DNA of 32,000 nt from Fidelibacterota bacterium (GTDB taxonomy: Bacteria; Fidelibacterota; Marinisomatia; Marinisomatales; TCS55). The position numbers and the translations under genes were made by a program. The notes beneath the pieces are model-generated. The model saw only the letters and a program-made list of their open reading frames with translations, was not told where the DNA came from and did not search any database. Below are positions 26,881 through 32,000 of the stretch, piece by piece. How positions within the stretch are numbered: the stretch's first letter is position 1; every line of letters begins with the position of its first letter. The stretch spans positions 14,648 through 46,647 of the forward strand of contig SCKN01000008.1 of assembly GCA_004124385.1 (NCBI GenBank), written 5' to 3'.

Positions 26881-27723
26881 TCAGCTTAACAGCAGTTCGC
26901 TAAAATCCCAAAGTCGGCGCTGATCTTCCACAACATTAGATTGAGCAGAACTGTTTTTGGACTGGCACTTGGAAAAATATTGTCCGCTTACACCATCTAC
27001 TTCTGTTGAAGAAACCAGGTAGATACTTGTTTTTGCACCTTTGTGAATATTTATCGCGCCAACAACTTTAGCTGCTGTCAGACTTAATCGGACACTTGTT
27101 TTATTATTGTTACCAAAATTTGTATTTACAAATCCTGGATGAAGACAATTGGCAGTTGTATCACTTCCTTCAAGTCTGCGGGCTAATTCATATGTAAACA
27201 TGACATTGCACAATTTGGATTTGCAGTAGGCCGGCCAGCCTTTATAACCATTTTGACCTTGTAGATTGTCAAAACTCATATTAGTATTTAAATGAGCATC
27301 AGAAGCAACATTCACTATACGTGACTTTGGCGTTGCTTTAATTGTATCTAATAGTAAGTCAGTAAATAAGAAATAAGACAGATGATTCAAAGCAAACGTA
27401 TTTTCAAGTCCTTCTTCTGTTTTTCCAAAATCAGAAAAATATGCTCCCGCATTATTTAATAAAATATCAATATGATCAAATTGGGTTTGAATCTCTTTTG
27501 CCAATTGACGAACCTGATCCATAGAAGATAGATTCGCTTTAAAAAATGTTACATTTTGGTTATTGGTAGCATTGATGATTTCATTTTTGGCTTCGGAGAT
27601 TTTTTCAGTATTCCTACCAACCAATCCAAGAGCAAAACCCATTTTGGCAAGGTTTAATGCCGCTTCTTTTCCAATGCCATCCGTGGCGCCAGTGATGATA
27701 CAGACTTTACCTTGGTGAGACAA
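26881..27723 (-). CDS. Short-chain dehydrogenase/reductase (retinol-dehydrogenase-like)
   Basis: CIITGATDGIGKEAALNLAKMGF, NNAGAYFSD, and YCKSK active-site motif. Confidence 0.93.
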   Translation of the reverse strand: MSHQGKVCIITGATDGIGKEAALNLAKMGFALGLVGRNTEKISEAKNEIINATNNQNVTFFKANLSSMDQVRQLAKEIQTQFDHIDILLNNAGAYFSDFGKTEEGLENTFALNHLSYFLFTDLLLDTIKATPKSRIVNVASDAHLNTNMSFDNLQGQNGYKGWPAYCKSKLCNVMFTYELARRLEGSDTTANCLHPGFVNTNFGNNNKTSVRLSLTAAKVVGAINIHKGAKTSIYLVSSTEVDGVSGQYFSKCQSKNSSAQSNVVEDQRRLWDFSELLLS

Positions 27724-27724
27724 T

Positions 27725-29479
27725 TTACTTTTTCTTTTTAATCTGGATATTCAATTCATCCAGTTGCTTTTCGCTGACTGAATCTGGCGATCCATCCATG
27801 AGTGATAACGCTGATGTTGTTTTTGGAAACGCAATGACGTCCCGGATATTATTGGAGCCGGTCAGCAGCATAACCAAACGATCAAAGCCAAATGCAATCC
27901 CGCCATGGGGCGGCGCACCATAGGTAAGGGCCTCAACCAGAAAACCAAATTTTTCCTTGACTTCTTCAGGGCTCAACCCAAGCAGGGAGAATACTTTATT
28001 CTGAATTTCCGGGCTATGAATACGAATGGAACCGCCGGCAATCTCATACCCATTCAAGGTTAAATCATACGCCCGCGCTTTTAATGATTCTGGATCAGAA
28101 TCGAGTTCATTAACATCTTGGGTTGTAGGTGAAGTAAACGGGTGATGTAAAAACGTTAATTTGTCTGTCTCTTCATCCATCTCAAACATGGGAAAATCTG
28201 TCACCCAAAGTGGTTTGAAATTATTTTTATCTGTTAAATCTTCACGTTTTGCAATCTCAACTCGCAAAGCACCTAAAGATTTTTCAGTGACTGAACGTTC
28301 ATCCCCAATCAAAAATATGATATCACCATCATCCATACCTGTAGCATTTTTGATTTCTTTTTGTAAATTATCTTCAAAGAATTTGGAAATACCGCCCGTG
28401 AGATGCCCTGCGTCCATTTTCATCCAAGCCAATCCCTTGGCTTTAAATGTTTTAACAACATCCGTTAATTCATCAATCATTTTTCGAGAATATTTTACTC
28501 CACCCGGAACAACAATCGCTTTTACACATTCTGCTGATTTAAAGGCATTGAAGTCCGACATATCCGTAAACTGTTTCACGTCTTGCAGATATAGTGTGTA
28601 TCGTGTATCCGGTTTATCTGAACCGTATTTTGACATGGCTTCATCGTAAGTAATCCTAGGAAACGGATCAGGAAGATCTGTGCCGATGACTTCCTTAAAA
28701 ACATGCTGTGTCATCCCTTCCATGTTTGAATAAATATCCTCTTCATCCACAAAGGACATTTCAATATCAATTTGAGTGAATTCCGGTTGACGGTCTGCGC
28801 GAAAATCCTCATCCCTGAAACATTTCACAATCTGAAAATATCGGTCAAATCCCGAGATCATTAAAATTTGTTTATAGATTTGAGGCGATTGTGGCAATGC
28901 ATAAAATTTGCCATGATGCAATCTGCTGGGTACCAGAAAATCTCTAGCGCCTTCCGGAGTTGATTTCATTAAAATGGGTGTTTCCACTTCTAAAAAATTT
29001 TTCTCTGATAAATAACTGCGAACAGCCTGATATGATTTGTGGCGTATAATAATATTATGTTGAAGTTCATCCGTTCGTAGTTCAAGATATCGATATTTTA
29101 ATCGTAAATCTTCCAGAGCACTTTCCCGATCTGTAATTACAAATGGTAAAGGTGCTGTTTCACTTAATAGCTCCATGGTTTCAACTATTACTTCTATTTC
29201 GCCGGTAGACATATTCGGATTAACAGCATTTTCTCCCCTCGCCTGAACAGTGCCCTTGATGGAAAGCACATCTTCCATGGACAGCTTTTTTACTGCTTCA
29301 AAATCACCGGAATAATCATCTGAATTGAAAATAATCTGTGTTTTTCCATAGCGGTCACGCAAGTCAATAAAGATCACTTGTCCGTGAAGACGGACCGTAT
29401 TCACCCAGCCGTTTAAGTTTACGGATTCATTTGTATTTTCTTTGCGTAGTTCTCCGCAGGTATGTGTTCTTTTTAACAT
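27725..29479 (-). CDS. aspS: Aspartyl-tRNA synthetase
   Basis: GWVNTVRLHGQVIFIDLRDRYGKTQIIF; FLEVETPILMKSTPEGARDFLVPSR; FRDEDFRADRQPEFTQIDIEMSF; GGIAFGFDRLVMLLTG. Confidence 0.98.
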   Translation of the reverse strand: MLKRTHTCGELRKENTNESVNLNGWVNTVRLHGQVIFIDLRDRYGKTQIIFNSDDYSGDFEAVKKLSMEDVLSIKGTVQARGENAVNPNMSTGEIEVIVETMELLSETAPLPFVITDRESALEDLRLKYRYLELRTDELQHNIIIRHKSYQAVRSYLSEKNFLEVETPILMKSTPEGARDFLVPSRLHHGKFYALPQSPQIYKQILMISGFDRYFQIVKCFRDEDFRADRQPEFTQIDIEMSFVDEEDIYSNMEGMTQHVFKEVIGTDLPDPFPRITYDEAMSKYGSDKPDTRYTLYLQDVKQFTDMSDFNAFKSAECVKAIVVPGGVKYSRKMIDELTDVVKTFKAKGLAWMKMDAGHLTGGISKFFEDNLQKEIKNATGMDDGDIIFLIGDERSVTEKSLGALRVEIAKREDLTDKNNFKPLWVTDFPMFEMDEETDKLTFLHHPFTSPTTQDVNELDSDPESLKARAYDLTLNGYEIAGGSIRIHSPEIQNKVFSLLGLSPEEVKEKFGFLVEALTYGAPPHGGIAFGFDRLVMLLTGSNNIRDVIAFPKTTSALSLMDGSPDSVSEKQLDELNIQIKKKK

Positions 29480-29498
29480 AGTTTAATTATTTTTGCAT

Positions 29499-29529
29499 AA
29501 AAAAAAGCCGCCCGAAGTTACGAGCGGCT
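29499..29529 (-). terminator. Intrinsic terminator of the ATP synthase operon
   Basis: Minus strand AGCCGCTCG-TAACTT-CGGGCGGCT followed by TTTTTTTT. 9-bp stem (one G:T), located between the atpC stop and aspS. Confidence 0.88.
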
Positions 29530-29550
29530 GAAGTATAATTGTACAGGAAT

Positions 29551-29942
29551 TCAACGTTTTGAGACCTTTAGTCTGTTCAATGCACGAAGTAATGAAACAT
29601 CATTTCTGGCTGGATCTATATCTTTAGCTTCTTGTTTTTCTTGCGCACGTTTTAGTGCTTCTTCTGCCCGGACAGTATCAATTTCATCGGATCGTTCATA
29701 TGTTTCCAGTAATAGTTCAACTTTCTCTTTAGTCACCTCTGCAAAACCACCACTCGTAGCTAAATAATGATCCTTCCCGTTCTGGGTGACTTTTATTTCA
29801 CCTACATCCAATGCAAAAATTGATTCCCTGTGGTTCGACAAAACGCCAAATGATCCATCCAACCCGGGGCAGCGTACATATTCCACCTGCCCTTCATCAG
29901 AGATTTTTGTTGGTGTTACTATCTCGAGGTGAAAAGAACTCA

Positions 29943-29943
<1 letters not shown>
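29551..29943 (-). CDS. atpC: ATP synthase F1 epsilon subunit
   Basis: FHLEIVTPTKISDEGQVEYVRCPGLDGSFGVLSNHRESIFALDVGEIKV; directly follows atpD (TAATG overlap). Confidence 0.95.
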
Positions 29944-31349
<1,406 letters not shown>

Positions 31350-31353
31350 TTAT

Positions 31354-32000
31354 TTAGCTTCGTAAGGCTTCAGCGCCACTGACAATTTCTAACATTTCTG
31401 TCGTAATTGCTGCTTGGCGAGCCTTGTTGAATTCCAATGTTAATTCTTTAATCATATCTTGAGCATTCTCTGTGGCATTTTCCATAGCCAACATGCGAGC
31501 TGCTTGCTCACTGGCATAGGATTCCAATAAGTATTTCCACATCTGAATATTTAAGTGACGTGGAATTAAACTCTTTATTATGTCTACTTTGTTTGGTTCA
31601 TAAAGTCTATCGACAGGTCGACTGTTTTCATCATCAAATGTGAGAGGTAAGAGTAATTCTGATTGAACTTGTTGTCTTGCCACATTTATAAATTCATTAT
31701 ACACAACATGAATTTCATCCACATTTTGATTCGTAAAATGGCTGATAACACCTTCACCAATATTTATAGCATGATTATAACTCAACTCATTCCAAAAGTC
31801 TGTATGATTCTCAATTACAGTATATTCCCGTCTTTTAAAATGGTCGCGCGCTTTTTTACCAATACAAAATACATCTACGTGATCTTTTCCAATTGCATCG
31901 ATCTCACTTTGAGCCCTTTTAAGGATATTATTATTGAATGAACCGGCCATGCCTCTATCGGAAGTCACCACAACATACCCTACACGATTTACTTCGCGAA
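31354..32000 (-). CDS. atpG: ATP synthase F1 gamma subunit (5' end beyond the window)
   Basis: Frame stays open to the right edge (...REVNRVGYVVVTSDRGMAGSFNNNILKRA). C-terminus NKARQAAITTEMLEIVSGAEALRS is typical. The track start at 31971 is an internal GTG. Confidence 0.95.
   Translation of the reverse strand, partial: REVNRVGYVVVTSDRGMAGSFNNNILKRAQSEIDAIGKDHVDVFCIGKKARDHFKRREYTVIENHTDFWNELSYNHAINIGEGVISHFTNQNVDEIHVVYNEFINVARQQVQSELLLPLTFDDENSRPVDRLYEPNKVDIIKSLIPRHLNIQMWKYLLESYASEQAARMLAMENATENAQDMIKELTLEFNKARQAAITTEMLEIVSGAEALRS

Noticed and set aside
28161-28649. 162-aa plus-strand ORF opposite aspS
   Set aside because: Antisense to a well-conserved AspRS; no start context or motif supporting a real gene.

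Overview
This is an ordinary, gene-dense housekeeping segment, mostly on the minus strand, from a Gram-negative-type bacterium. Two proteins carry C-terminal FCB-style secretion/sorting domains (NPFNP...WD..D..G....GVY..), and the overall content suggests a Marinimicrobia/Bacteroidota-like lineage; that placement is inference. From left to right it contains: a quinol:cytochrome c oxidoreductase cluster (Rieske, split cytochrome b, coiled-coil tetraheme cytochrome c, HEAT-repeat protein); tRNA-Leu(UAG); a multi-domain secreted protein; a trans-sulfuration PLP enzyme; secA; nusB; ilvE; acyl-CoA dehydrogenase; thiolase; phoH; a plus-strand island (TatT-like lipoprotein, DUF2953 protein, YtfJ/GerW-like protein, CBS protein, two secreted/lipoprotein hypotheticals); an SPL-family radical SAM protein overlapping an MTAN-like nucleosidase; a second sorted secreted protein; a CobB-like sirtuin; a conserved hypothetical; an exported-looking Pcm; an SDR; aspS; and atpC-atpD-atpG. 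I see no CRISPR array, transposon, phage, or classic defence/toxin module. The best leads are the SPL/nucleosidase pair, in which the expected H-donor cysteine appears to be Tyr, and the DUF2953-YtfJ 'sporulation' pair next to a CBS protein in an apparent non-spore-former. No strong case for a wholly new system can be made from sequence alone.
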